NCBI RefSeq assembly: GCF_000757865.1
Contig: NZ_CP007754.1
Span: 900,001 to 932,000, forward strand
Origin: Prochlorococcus sp. MIT 0801
Lineage (GTDB): Bacteria > Cyanobacteriota > Cyanobacteriia > PCC-6307 > Cyanobiaceae
Direction of reading: 5' to 3'
DNA length: 32,000 nt
Numbering within the stretch: the stretch's first letter is position 1; every line of letters starts with the position of its first letter. The notes beneath the pieces are model-generated. The model was not told the DNA's origin, did no database searches, and was given only the letters and a program-made list of their open reading frames with translations. The position numbers and the translations under genes are program-made. Positions 11,860 through 21,394 of the stretch are shown one piece after another.

Positions 11860-12519
11860 ATGACTAATAAGGATTTTCTTTGTTTAAAAAATATAATCAA
11901 ATCTGTTACTAAAGATAGTTGTCCAAATTCTATTAATTTTCATATGCATTCAACTTATAGTGATGGAAGTTTGTCTCCTATAGAAATCTATAATCAAGCC
12001 TTAGAACTAAATATTGATCATTATGCAATTACAGATCATCATTCAGTTGATGCATATCTTGAATTAGTTAAAATTATTGAATCTGATTATCTTGATAGTT
12101 CAATTTTTCCAAAACTTTGGACTGGTATAGAAATTACCTGCTTATTAAAAGGATGTTTAGTACATGTTTTAGGGCTTGGATTTGATCCTAGCTCTAAACA
12201 CTTATTACCTTATGTTGAACATAGATCTGCTATTGGTAATGAATTACTAGCATCAAATGTAGTTGATTCGATACACAATGCGAATGGAATTGCTGTTTTA
12301 GCTCATCCTGCAAGATATAAGCTTCCATTTGATATTTTAATTAATGAAGCATCAAAGCTTAATTTTGATGCTGTTGAAACTTGGTATAACTACGAAAGAG
12401 CACCTATTTGGATCCCGTCAGAGTTTATTTGCGATAAAATATTTGATTGTGCAAATTCTTATTCATTGTTATCAACATGTGGAACAGATACTCATGGATT
12501 ATCTCTTTTAAGGCGCTGA
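11860..12519 (+). CDS. PHP-domain metal-dependent phosphoesterase (TrpH/YciV-like)
   Basis: PHP motifs HMHSTYSDGS, AITDHH, LAHP and GTDTHG. I place the start at ATG 11860, 5 nt after the hemJ stop, rather than at the tracked 11767, which overlaps hemJ. Confidence 0.8.
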   Translation: MTNKDFLCLKNIIKSVTKDSCPNSINFHMHSTYSDGSLSPIEIYNQALELNIDHYAITDHHSVDAYLELVKIIESDYLDSSIFPKLWTGIEITCLLKGCLVHVLGLGFDPSSKHLLPYVEHRSAIGNELLASNVVDSIHNANGIAVLAHPARYKLPFDILINEASKLNFDAVETWYNYERAPIWIPSEFICDKIFDCANSYSLLSTCGTDTHGLSLLRR

Positions 12520-15500
12520 TTTATTATTTCTTCTATTGGAATTAAATTTTTCAATTTTACTGTCTATATCAGATAAAATAGATTTAATAGATGCTATTTC
12601 TTCATTAGATACATCTGTCCAAAGCTTTCGATTTGATGCTTCTAGTAGTCTTTCAGCGATATCTCTTAATGCCCATGGATTGTTATCAATAATAAATTTT
12701 CTTGTCTTTTCATCTACCAACCAATTACTTGCAATTGACTCATAACACCAATTAGGAACAAGGTTAGTTGTTGCATCAAAAGAGAATAAATAGTCAAGGC
12801 TTGCTGACATCTCGAAAGCTCCTTTATAGCCATGTTGTTTCATTCCCTCAAGCCATTTTGGATTTAATAACCTACTCCTAACAACCTTATCTATTTCTTT
12901 TGAAAGTTTATGTATTCTTGGTCGTTGATATCTAGAATTATCTGCAAAATAAGCTTGTGGATTGTTACCACTAGTTTTCTTTACTGCAGAGATTAAGCCA
13001 CCCTGAAATTGATAGTAATCATCTGAATCGAGTATGTCGTGCTCTCTATTATCTTGACTATGAAGTACTACTTTTACTTTTGATAAATTATATTCCAACC
13101 CTTTTTTGTCTTTAACAATATTGTTTGAACCTTCATATCGCCATTTACTCCATTCTATAAATGCATTAGCCAGTTCAGATTGATGATCCCATGAGCCATT
13201 ATTGATAATTTCTTGCAAACCTGCTCCATATGATCCAGGTGCTGATCCATATATTCTTGAGTCGGTTTTTCCATTTCTATAAGACTCAGCAAGGGGATTA
13301 ATTGCATTGGGCTCATTTAAATTCCCAATAAGGTTTTGTCCTCTTCGTATTAATTCAATGATTTGGGGGAATGCATCCCTAAATAAACCAGATATTCTTA
13401 ATGTGACGTCGACTCTGGGCCTATTTAAAACACTCATGGGAATGACTTCAACGTCCACAACTCTTCTTAAAGTTCCATCCCATATAGGCATTAGACCCAT
13501 AAGTGCAAATAGTTGACAAATATCTTCTCCTCCATTTCTCATGGTTGAAGTTCCCCATATTGAAATAGCGAGATGTAAAAGGTGCTCTCCATTTTCTTGT
13601 AGGTAAAGATCAACTAATTTTTCAGCACTTCTTTTCCCCAGGTCCCATGCTGTTTCTGTTGGAATAGCTCTAATATCAACAGAAAAGAAATTTTTACCTG
13701 TCGGTAAGACCTCTAATTTTCCTCTTGTTGGGGCACCAGAAGGGCCGCTAGCAATTCTCTTCCCTTCCAACGCTCTAAGTAAATTAGTCTTTTCGTTTTT
13801 GGAACTTTTTAATAATCTAGGTAAAATATTAGTTATTAAATGATTTATAAATATATTTGGGTTTTCAATATCTAAATATTTTAGTAGTTTACTATCAAGG
13901 TCGATTTTATTTTTGGCAGTGGTTTCGAGATTAAGTATATGTATACAATGAAACTCAATTATATACATTCCAATTTCATTAAACCAGTCAATTAGCTGCC
14001 CTACTTTTCTTGCATTAATAGAGGTATATTCTTTAAATAAATTAATATCTCTTTGCGTTAAGTCTAAACTTTCTTCGTCTCTCCAGGGGTCAATGGTAAA
14101 ACCTAAATCTTCAGCTAAATATTGTGATAAACCAGCAATGTTCCCTGTAGGCACATTTGATATAGCCAACGTTAATTCTATTAGTTTATCCATACTTTGA
14201 TTCACACCAAAGATATGAAGTCCAGTCCTTATTTGGGATTGTTTTATTTCACATAAATAACTTTCTGCAGTATCTATTATCTCTTGTATATGAATTCTTT
14301 TGATATCATCTTTAATTATATATGGGTCAATACTTGGCCATGAATTTTTAATTAATAAGTCTATAATCTTTTTTTCTAATAACTCATTTCTATTATCATT
14401 AATAAGTTTAGATTCATAATATTCATCAATTAAGTTCTCAATTTCTATTAACTCATTATAACTACCAGCGTGAGAAAGTGGCGGTGTTAAATGATCAATA
14501 ATTATCGCGTGTGTCCTTCTTTTTGCTTGTGACCCTTCTCCAGGGTCATTTACGATAAATGGGTATATGTTTGGAACTGGTGGGCAAATAATAAATGGGA
14601 AACAATTACTACTTAAACCAACACCTTTACCAGGTAACCATTCAACGCTACCGTGCTTTCCTAGATGTATAATTGCATTTGCCTTAAATGAATGCGATAA
14701 CCAAAAATATTGCGCAATATATTTATGTGTGGGTGGTAGATCTGGTGAGTGCAAATCTGACAAATTATCTTGTTCAAAGCCTCTATTTGCTTGAACTAAT
14801 ACAGTTATATTTCCTAGAGTAAATCCATTGATCGGGAACCCGCCTTCTTCTAATTGTTTTGAACAATTTGGTTCTCCCCATCGTTTAATCACCTTTTCCT
14901 TCGCATTAGCTTCAATTTTTTTCCACTGGTATAAATAATCAACAAGGCTTAAATATGATTGGGGTTCGTTAGATATGGTTTCATCAGAATTTGTCCTATA
15001 AGTAATTAACTTGTTAATTAGCTCTTTACTACTTCTTGGCAAGGGGTTATCTCCTAAATAATATCCTTCATCTTTTAACCATCTCAAAACGTACAAAAGG
15101 GTTTCTGGTGTATCTAAACCAACTCCATTTGCAATCCTTGAATCCTTAACAGGATAATTAGCTATTACAATAGCAATTTTTTTATTGAAGTTGCTTGTTT
15201 TTCTAAGATAAACAAGATTTTTTATGTAATTAATACACCATTCAATATGTTTGTCATAAGGTTCTGTTTTATATACAGATATAGATAATTCATTATCTGT
15301 ATAGCTAAGATTTTTAAATGCAATTGGAACTGTACAAATTCGACCATCTACTTCTGGCAGAACAACTTGAATTGATAAGTCAATTGGATTTAAACCTACT
15401 GTTGATTTTTTCCATTCATTAACCGTCGAACTGGATATAAGTAGTTGATAGACAGGAACGTCTAATGTCTCCCATAGGCTATTTTTTATATTATCATTCT

Positions 15501-16296
15501 CATATTCAACTGATGAGAATGAAGTAGTAGTAATGATCGCTTCAATTTTTTCATTATCCAATAAATTTATTATTTCTTTCTGAATATCTTTTGACTTAAA
15601 ACTAGTAATCCATACGATTTTGGGATTTATCTGATGTCTTTTTGAAATTTCAACTATTGATTCTGCTAATTCTGTGTTGCCTGATTGCAATAATGATTTG
15701 TAGAGAAATATAGCAATCTTAGGGTAATCATTATCTATCCATTTCCATTTGACTAAATCATCATGATATTCAATTAAATCTCTTTCAAGTTTAATTTCTT
15801 CTAAACTTATTATGTTATCTAAAACCTTTAAAAAGTAATTATAGTTTTTTAAACCGCCTTCATTTAATAGAAGTTGAATAAAATCAACTTGATCTTCTTT
15901 TATACTACTAATATCTTTAAGATCATTTGCTGTACTCTCTATGCCAGAGACTACTATTAATTGTCTATTAGGTTTCTCTAATTGCCATAAACTTAGTTGT
16001 TCAAATCCATATGACCAATATGATCTTGATCCTAAAAACCTAACAACAACGATTTCTGCTGTATTACATGTATTGGATATATAATGGTCGATTGATGCAT
16101 TTGATGATAAATAGGCTATTGGTAAAGCCCTGATTTTATTTCTCCACTTTTTATTTTTAGGTTGCTTTAATACAGAGGATAAACAAGTTATGTCGGATGT
16201 AGCACTAGTTAGGAAGATAACTGGTGCATTAGGTTGTTCAATAAATGTAATTTCTTCTTGAGGATCATTCCCAGGAAGGCTGGCAATTCTATGCAT
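12508..16296 (-). CDS. cobN: cobaltochelatase large subunit CobN
   Basis: 1262-aa ORF in the CobN/Mg-chelatase H family, with HLGKHGSVEWLPGK and the typical size. Confidence 0.9.
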   Translation of the reverse strand: MHRIASLPGNDPQEEITFIEQPNAPVIFLTSATSDITCLSSVLKQPKNKKWRNKIRALPIAYLSSNASIDHYISNTCNTAEIVVVRFLGSRSYWSYGFEQLSLWQLEKPNRQLIVVSGIESTANDLKDISSIKEDQVDFIQLLLNEGGLKNYNYFLKVLDNIISLEEIKLERDLIEYHDDLVKWKWIDNDYPKIAIFLYKSLLQSGNTELAESIVEISKRHQINPKIVWITSFKSKDIQKEIINLLDNEKIEAIITTTSFSSVEYENDNIKNSLWETLDVPVYQLLISSSTVNEWKKSTVGLNPIDLSIQVVLPEVDGRICTVPIAFKNLSYTDNELSISVYKTEPYDKHIEWCINYIKNLVYLRKTSNFNKKIAIVIANYPVKDSRIANGVGLDTPETLLYVLRWLKDEGYYLGDNPLPRSSKELINKLITYRTNSDETISNEPQSYLSLVDYLYQWKKIEANAKEKVIKRWGEPNCSKQLEEGGFPINGFTLGNITVLVQANRGFEQDNLSDLHSPDLPPTHKYIAQYFWLSHSFKANAIIHLGKHGSVEWLPGKGVGLSSNCFPFIICPPVPNIYPFIVNDPGEGSQAKRRTHAIIIDHLTPPLSHAGSYNELIEIENLIDEYYESKLINDNRNELLEKKIIDLLIKNSWPSIDPYIIKDDIKRIHIQEIIDTAESYLCEIKQSQIRTGLHIFGVNQSMDKLIELTLAISNVPTGNIAGLSQYLAEDLGFTIDPWRDEESLDLTQRDINLFKEYTSINARKVGQLIDWFNEIGMYIIEFHCIHILNLETTAKNKIDLDSKLLKYLDIENPNIFINHLITNILPRLLKSSKNEKTNLLRALEGKRIASGPSGAPTRGKLEVLPTGKNFFSVDIRAIPTETAWDLGKRSAEKLVDLYLQENGEHLLHLAISIWGTSTMRNGGEDICQLFALMGLMPIWDGTLRRVVDVEVIPMSVLNRPRVDVTLRISGLFRDAFPQIIELIRRGQNLIGNLNEPNAINPLAESYRNGKTDSRIYGSAPGSYGAGLQEIINNGSWDHQSELANAFIEWSKWRYEGSNNIVKDKKGLEYNLSKVKVVLHSQDNREHDILDSDDYYQFQGGLISAVKKTSGNNPQAYFADNSRYQRPRIHKLSKEIDKVVRSRLLNPKWLEGMKQHGYKGAFEMSASLDYLFSFDATTNLVPNWCYESIASNWLVDEKTRKFIIDNNPWALRDIAERLLEASNRKLWTDVSNEEIASIKSILSDIDSKIEKFNSNRRNNKSAP

Positions 16297-16367
16297 TCAT
16301 TTATTATGTGTAATTAATGCAGTAAAACTAAAAATGCTGATTTTTTTTCATCCTAGCTCGAGCTTAA

Positions 16368-17282
16368 ATGCATAGTTTTCTTCCCTTCGCTTGGTTTGAG
16401 GGTCAATGTATTCCATTCAATGATGCAAAGCTATCAATAGCTACTCACGCCCTTCATTATGGAACTGCAGCTTTTGGTGGGATGCGTGCTATCCCTGACC
16501 CGAATAATAGTAAATCATTTTTATTATTTAGGGCAGATAAACATGCAAAAAGATTATGCCAAAGCGCTAAATTTTTGATGACTGAATTAGATGAGGATTT
16601 TGTATTAAACTCTCTAGAAACGTTTCTAGTCAAAAATAAACCTACTCAACCTGTATATATAAGACCATTTGTCTATACTAGTGATTTAGGAATTGCACCA
16701 AGATTACATAATATCGAAACTAATTTCTTTATTTACGGAATAGAATTAGGGGATTATCTTTCACCAGATGGTGTTACATGTCGCGTCAGTAGCTGGACCC
16801 GTCAGCAAGACAATTCACTTCCTCTGCGTGGGAAAATTAGTGGAGCATACATAACAAGCTCATTAGCTAAAACGGAAGCAGTAAAAAGTGGATTTGATGA
16901 GGCACTATTACTTAACAGTCAAGGTAAAGTTAGTGAGGCTAGTGGAATGAACATCTTTATAGTTCGGAATGGTGATCTCATAACACCTGGTGTAGATCAA
17001 GATATTCTTGAAGGTATTACTCGTGCAAGTGTTTTAGAACTTGCTAAGAGTAATGGAATAAATGTTATTGAAAGACCTGTAGATAAAACAGAGTTATTTA
17101 TATCGGATGAGGTTTTCTTAACAGGCACAGCTGCAAAGATAACTCCGATTAAAATGATTGAAACAACATTAATGAGTAAAGAAATGCCAACAATGAATTT
17201 ACTCAGAGATAAATTAACTAAAATTACAGAAGGTTTAGTACCTGAATATGAGAATTGGGTTAAACGTGTGAATATAGATTAA
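16368..17282 (+). CDS. ilvE: branched-chain amino acid aminotransferase (class IV)
   Basis: 304-aa ORF with motifs EASGMNIF and ILEGITR typical of fold-type IV aminotransferases. Confidence 0.92.
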   Translation: MHSFLPFAWFEGQCIPFNDAKLSIATHALHYGTAAFGGMRAIPDPNNSKSFLLFRADKHAKRLCQSAKFLMTELDEDFVLNSLETFLVKNKPTQPVYIRPFVYTSDLGIAPRLHNIETNFFIYGIELGDYLSPDGVTCRVSSWTRQQDNSLPLRGKISGAYITSSLAKTEAVKSGFDEALLLNSQGKVSEASGMNIFIVRNGDLITPGVDQDILEGITRASVLELAKSNGINVIERPVDKTELFISDEVFLTGTAAKITPIKMIETTLMSKEMPTMNLLRDKLTKITEGLVPEYENWVKRVNID

Positions 17283-17345
17283 AATCTTAATGTATAATTT
17301 ATTTAGATTTATGTTTTTCATTTTTATAAGTAAAGTATATATTAT

Positions 17346-20300
17346 ATGACTCGCTTTTTAGACTATCTAAACTCAGAGAAAAGACCAATAATAGTCTTTG
17401 ATGGTGCAACAGGCACCTCTTTACAAGATCAACAACTAACTGCAGATGATTATGGTGGTGCTTCTTTAGAAGGTTGTAATGAAAATCTTGTTTTAACCTC
17501 TGTCTCTAGTGTTGAGCAAGTACATCAGTCATTCTTAGAGGCCGGTTGTGATGTAATAGAAACAAATACATTTGGCGCAACTTCTATTGTTCTTGATGAG
17601 TATGGAATTGGAAACAAAGCTTATGAGATCAATTTCAAAGCCGCACAAATAGCAAGGAGTATTGCAAATAAATATCAAACAGCTGAAAAGCCAAGATTTG
17701 TTGCTGGTTCAATTGGTCCAACAACAAAGCTCCCAACCCTTGGTCATATCAGTTTTGATGAATTAAAAAAATCTTATCTTGAACAAGCTAAAGCACTGAT
17801 TGAGGGTGGAATTGATCTTTTTCTTATTGAAACTTGCCAAGATGTTTTACAAATAAAGGCAGCTCTGCAGAGCGTAAATGAAGCAATAGGTGATGGAATT
17901 AAAATCCCAGTAATGGTATCTGTAACCATGGAAACTACAGGTCAGATGCTTATTGGTAGCGATATTTCTTCCATAACAACAATTTTAGAGCCTTTTAATA
18001 TTGATATTTTGGGCCTTAATTGTGCTACTGGCCCAGAAGAAATGAAAGATCATATTAAATACTTATCTGAGCATTCACCCTTTCACATAAGTTGTATTCC
18101 AAATGCTGGACTTCCTGAAAATGTAGGTGGTAAGGCTCATTATCGATTAACCCCAATGGAACTTAAGTTCCAACTTAGTCATTTTATTAATGATTTAGGC
18201 GTTCAATTAATTGGTGGTTGTTGTGGGACTAGGCCAGAACACATAAAACAACTTTCAGATTTATCGCTTGAGCTTTTATCATCAGATCGTAGATTGATTA
18301 ACCTATCAAAGGAAAGATCTATAATTCCAGCTGCATCTTCAATTTATGAGTCAATTCCATATGAACAAGACAACTCATTTTTGATAGTTGGCGAAAGATT
18401 AAATGCAAGTGGTTCAAAAAAGGTAAGAGAACTTTTGAATATTGAGGACTGGGATGGTCTGGTTGGAATAGCAAAATCACAACTTAAAGAAAATGCGCAT
18501 GTACTTGATGTAAATGTTGATTTTGTTGGAAGAAATGGCATAGAAGATATGTCGAACTTGGTTAAAAGATTAGTTAATAATATCAATTTACCTTTGATGC
18601 TTGATTCAACGGATTATGAAAAAATGGAGAGTGGTTTAAAACATGCTGGCGGAAAATGTATTTTAAATTCCACTAACTACGAAGATGGACAAGATAGATT
18701 TCATAAGGTGATTGATCTAGCTAAAGAACATGGTTCAGCAGTTGTGATTGGTACAATTGATGAAGATGGAATGGCTAGATCTGCAGAAAAAAAAGCTGAA
18801 ATAGCAACTAGGGCTTTTAAGGATGCTACAAATTCTGGGTTGAAACCCTATGAAATTTTTTATGATCCTTTAGCTTTGCCAATATCAACAGGACTTGAGG
18901 AAGATAGAAAGAATGGTTTGGAAACGATTAAAGCTATTAAGTTAATTAAAGATCGACATCCACAAGTACATTTAATCCTAGGCATTTCAAATGTAAGTTT
19001 TGGCCTATCATCGAGTGCGAGAGTTGTCCTTAATTCTATCTTTCTAAATGAAGCAATTAAGGCTGGATTAGATTCGGCAATTGTTTCACCATCCAAGATA
19101 TTACCTTTAAATAAAATTAGTGAAGAAGAGATAAAAATATGTTTGGATCTTATTTATGACAAGAGAATCATAGATAATAGTGTATGCACTTATGACCCCC
19201 TAACGACCCTAACTTCCTATTTTGATGACTCGAAAAAACTTCTAAATAATAGCTCAATTGATGAGGATATTAATTTACCTATAGAAGATAAGTTGAAGAA
19301 TCATATTATTGATGGAGAAAAAACAAATCTACATGTAAATCTTGATTTAGCATTAAATAAATATAAGCCTTTGATAATAATTAATGAATATTTACTAGAT
19401 GGAATGAAAGTTGTTGGGGAATTATTTGGATCAGGTCAAATGCAATTACCTTTTGTACTTCAATCTGCAGAAACAATGAAATATGCAGTTTCATATTTAG
19501 AAGATTTTATGGATAAATCTGAGGTAAATCAATCAAAGGGTAAATTTATTATAGCTACGGTCAAAGGCGATGTTCACGATATAGGAAAAAATTTAGTAGA
19601 TATTATTTTGTCGAATAATGGGTATGATGTTATTAATTTAGGAATCAAACAAGATGTCAATGCAATTATAAACGCACAAAAAGAACATCATGCCGATTGC
19701 ATTGCAATGAGCGGTCTACTTGTAAAATCGACTGCCTTTATGAAAGATAATCTTAAAGCATTAAATGAGGAAGATATTGATGTACCTATCATTTTAGGTG
19801 GGGCTGCATTAACCCCTAAATTTGTTAACCAAGATTGCGCAAGTGTTTACAAGGGCAAGGTTATTTATGGGAGAGATGCCTTCACTGATTTGAAATTTAT
19901 GGACGCATATATGAAAGCTAAATTAGCTAATAACTGGGATAACAAAACTGGTTTTTCCGAAGGAGCTCCTGAGGGGATAACTATTGGAACTTATAAAAGT
20001 TCTAATTCAGATCCAAAAGTAATAAAAGAGGGTTTAGAGGTAAAAAAAGTTATCGACAATTCCAGATCAAAAGATATATCTTCAGTAAAATCCATTAAAC
20101 CTCCATTTTTAGGCTCCAAGGTCTTATTAGAAAAAGATATTGACTTATCTATTGTTTATAAATTTTTAGACCGCAATGCATTATTTGCTGGACAATGGCA
20201 AATGAAAAGATCCAAAGATATGTCGGCTTCAGATTATAAGGAATTTCTCAAGCAAAAGGCTGAGCCAAAATTAGATTATTGGATGAATAAAATCATAAAT

Positions 20301-20894
20301 GATAATCTTATCTCACCATCATTGGTTTATGGATATTTTCCATGTGGGAGAGAAGGGAATTTCTTAAATGTATTTGATACTGATCATAAATCTCTTTTAG
20401 GAAATTTTCTATTACCAAGACAAAGATCTGGAAAGAGATATTGCATCGCAGATTTTTATAATGATTTAGTAGATAATCTTCCTTCTGATTATCTACCTAT
20501 GCAGGCAGTTACAATGGGAGATACTGCTAGTGATTACTCCCATAAATTATTTAGCCAAGACTCTTATTCTGATTATCTATTTTTCCATGGTTTAACTGTA
20601 CAGTTAGCTGAAGCATTAGCAGAATATATACACTCTATTATTAGAATAGAGTGTGGTTTTGAATCTGAAGAACCAGATAATATAAAAGATATATTGGATG
20701 TAAAATATAGAGGCTGCAGATACTCTTTTGGTTACCCAGCTTGCCCAGAAGTATCAGATTCTAGAAAGCAATTAGATTGGCTAGATGCAGATAAAATTAA
20801 TATATCTATGGATGAAAGTGAACAACTTCATCCAGAACAAAGTACTACAGCTATTGTTGCTTTACATCCAGTAGCTAAATACTTTGGTATTTAA
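17346..20894 (+). CDS. metH: cobalamin-dependent methionine synthase
   Basis: 1182-aa ORF with the Hcy-binding motif GGCCGT, a pterin-binding domain, the B12-binding motif DVHDIGKN plus SGLL and GGA, and a C-terminal AdoMet activation domain. Confidence 0.97.
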   Translation: MTRFLDYLNSEKRPIIVFDGATGTSLQDQQLTADDYGGASLEGCNENLVLTSVSSVEQVHQSFLEAGCDVIETNTFGATSIVLDEYGIGNKAYEINFKAAQIARSIANKYQTAEKPRFVAGSIGPTTKLPTLGHISFDELKKSYLEQAKALIEGGIDLFLIETCQDVLQIKAALQSVNEAIGDGIKIPVMVSVTMETTGQMLIGSDISSITTILEPFNIDILGLNCATGPEEMKDHIKYLSEHSPFHISCIPNAGLPENVGGKAHYRLTPMELKFQLSHFINDLGVQLIGGCCGTRPEHIKQLSDLSLELLSSDRRLINLSKERSIIPAASSIYESIPYEQDNSFLIVGERLNASGSKKVRELLNIEDWDGLVGIAKSQLKENAHVLDVNVDFVGRNGIEDMSNLVKRLVNNINLPLMLDSTDYEKMESGLKHAGGKCILNSTNYEDGQDRFHKVIDLAKEHGSAVVIGTIDEDGMARSAEKKAEIATRAFKDATNSGLKPYEIFYDPLALPISTGLEEDRKNGLETIKAIKLIKDRHPQVHLILGISNVSFGLSSSARVVLNSIFLNEAIKAGLDSAIVSPSKILPLNKISEEEIKICLDLIYDKRIIDNSVCTYDPLTTLTSYFDDSKKLLNNSSIDEDINLPIEDKLKNHIIDGEKTNLHVNLDLALNKYKPLIIINEYLLDGMKVVGELFGSGQMQLPFVLQSAETMKYAVSYLEDFMDKSEVNQSKGKFIIATVKGDVHDIGKNLVDIILSNNGYDVINLGIKQDVNAIINAQKEHHADCIAMSGLLVKSTAFMKDNLKALNEEDIDVPIILGGAALTPKFVNQDCASVYKGKVIYGRDAFTDLKFMDAYMKAKLANNWDNKTGFSEGAPEGITIGTYKSSNSDPKVIKEGLEVKKVIDNSRSKDISSVKSIKPPFLGSKVLLEKDIDLSIVYKFLDRNALFAGQWQMKRSKDMSASDYKEFLKQKAEPKLDYWMNKIINDNLISPSLVYGYFPCGREGNFLNVFDTDHKSLLGNFLLPRQRSGKRYCIADFYNDLVDNLPSDYLPMQAVTMGDTASDYSHKLFSQDSYSDYLFFHGLTVQLAEALAEYIHSIIRIECGFESEEPDNIKDILDVKYRGCRYSFGYPACPEVSDSRKQLDWLDADKINISMDESEQLHPEQSTTAIVALHPVAKYFGI

Positions 20895-20927
20895 TTTTTG
20901 ATTTAATTGTTTTAACTTTTATTTGAT

Positions 20928-21164
20928 TTAAATATTATTTTCATCCATCGCCTCTAATACTTCTATCTGAAATTCTGCCATTGATTCTGAGTCAGTTAAA
21001 TCAATTCCTTCTCCAGCAGCATTTTGAGTTAACTCTTGAAAATGAAATGCTCCTTCACCAGTGGCTAAAAATTCCATAGCAGATGTTTCGCCGCTCTCTC
21101 GAAAAGCGTCACAAAGAGCCAAAAATGCTCCGTCTTCAGAAAAGTCCCAATCCATCGAGGACAC
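20928..21164 (-). CDS. small highly acidic protein of unknown function (78 aa)
   Basis: ORF with a GTG start at 21164 (in-frame ATG at 21155). It has 19 D/E, one R and no K. It is preceded by a purine-rich SD-like GGAAGGAG inside a structured-looking leader. Confidence 0.6.
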   Translation of the reverse strand: MSSMDWDFSEDGAFLALCDAFRESGETSAMEFLATGEGAFHFQELTQNAAGEGIDLTDSESMAEFQIEVLEAMDENNI

Positions 21165-21229
21165 ATTACTGAAAGAGGTTTTAACTCCTTCCCCCCTGCT
21201 TCCGTCAACCTAAACTGATAAGAATTTTA
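21165..21229 (-). promoter_or_regulatory. candidate glutamine riboswitch-like leader (glnA RNA / Downstream-peptide-like) with a putative -10 box
   Basis: The minus strand reads AGGUUGACGGAAGCAGGGGGGAAGGAGUUAAAACCU. The ACGGAAGCAGG and GAAGGAG cores resemble my recollection of the glutamine aptamer consensus. AGGUU/AACCU could form a closing helix. A TAAAAT hexamer lies at 21224-21229 (minus strand). Confidence 0.4.
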
Positions 21230-21394
21230 AACTTTTTTGCAAAATGATAACTTTGGAACCGTTTATATTCACTTCAGATCTATTCCAGCACAACCGTTTC
21301 ACGATAATCGCTGAACATAAAATAAATTTTCAGAATTAATTCAATTTTTGTTGCTTGCCAACAAATGAATTTTTTGGCAATAACAATTTTTTCT

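Noticed and set aside
17283-17345. Possible cobalamin riboswitch or terminator between ilvE and metH (also checked in the 71-bp cobN-ilvE spacer, 16297-16367).
   Set aside because: The spacers are far shorter than a B12 aptamer and show no B12-box-like sequence. The only pairing (AAATCT/AGATTT, 6 A-T-rich bp with a 17-nt loop) is too weak to call.
21244-21339. 31-aa plus-strand ORF (MITLEPFIFTSDLFQHNRFTIIAEHKINFQN) in the spacer upstream of the acidic ORF.
   Set aside because: It has no SD and no recognisable features, and ORFs of this length are expected by chance. It also overlaps the likely promoter region of the minus-strand gene.
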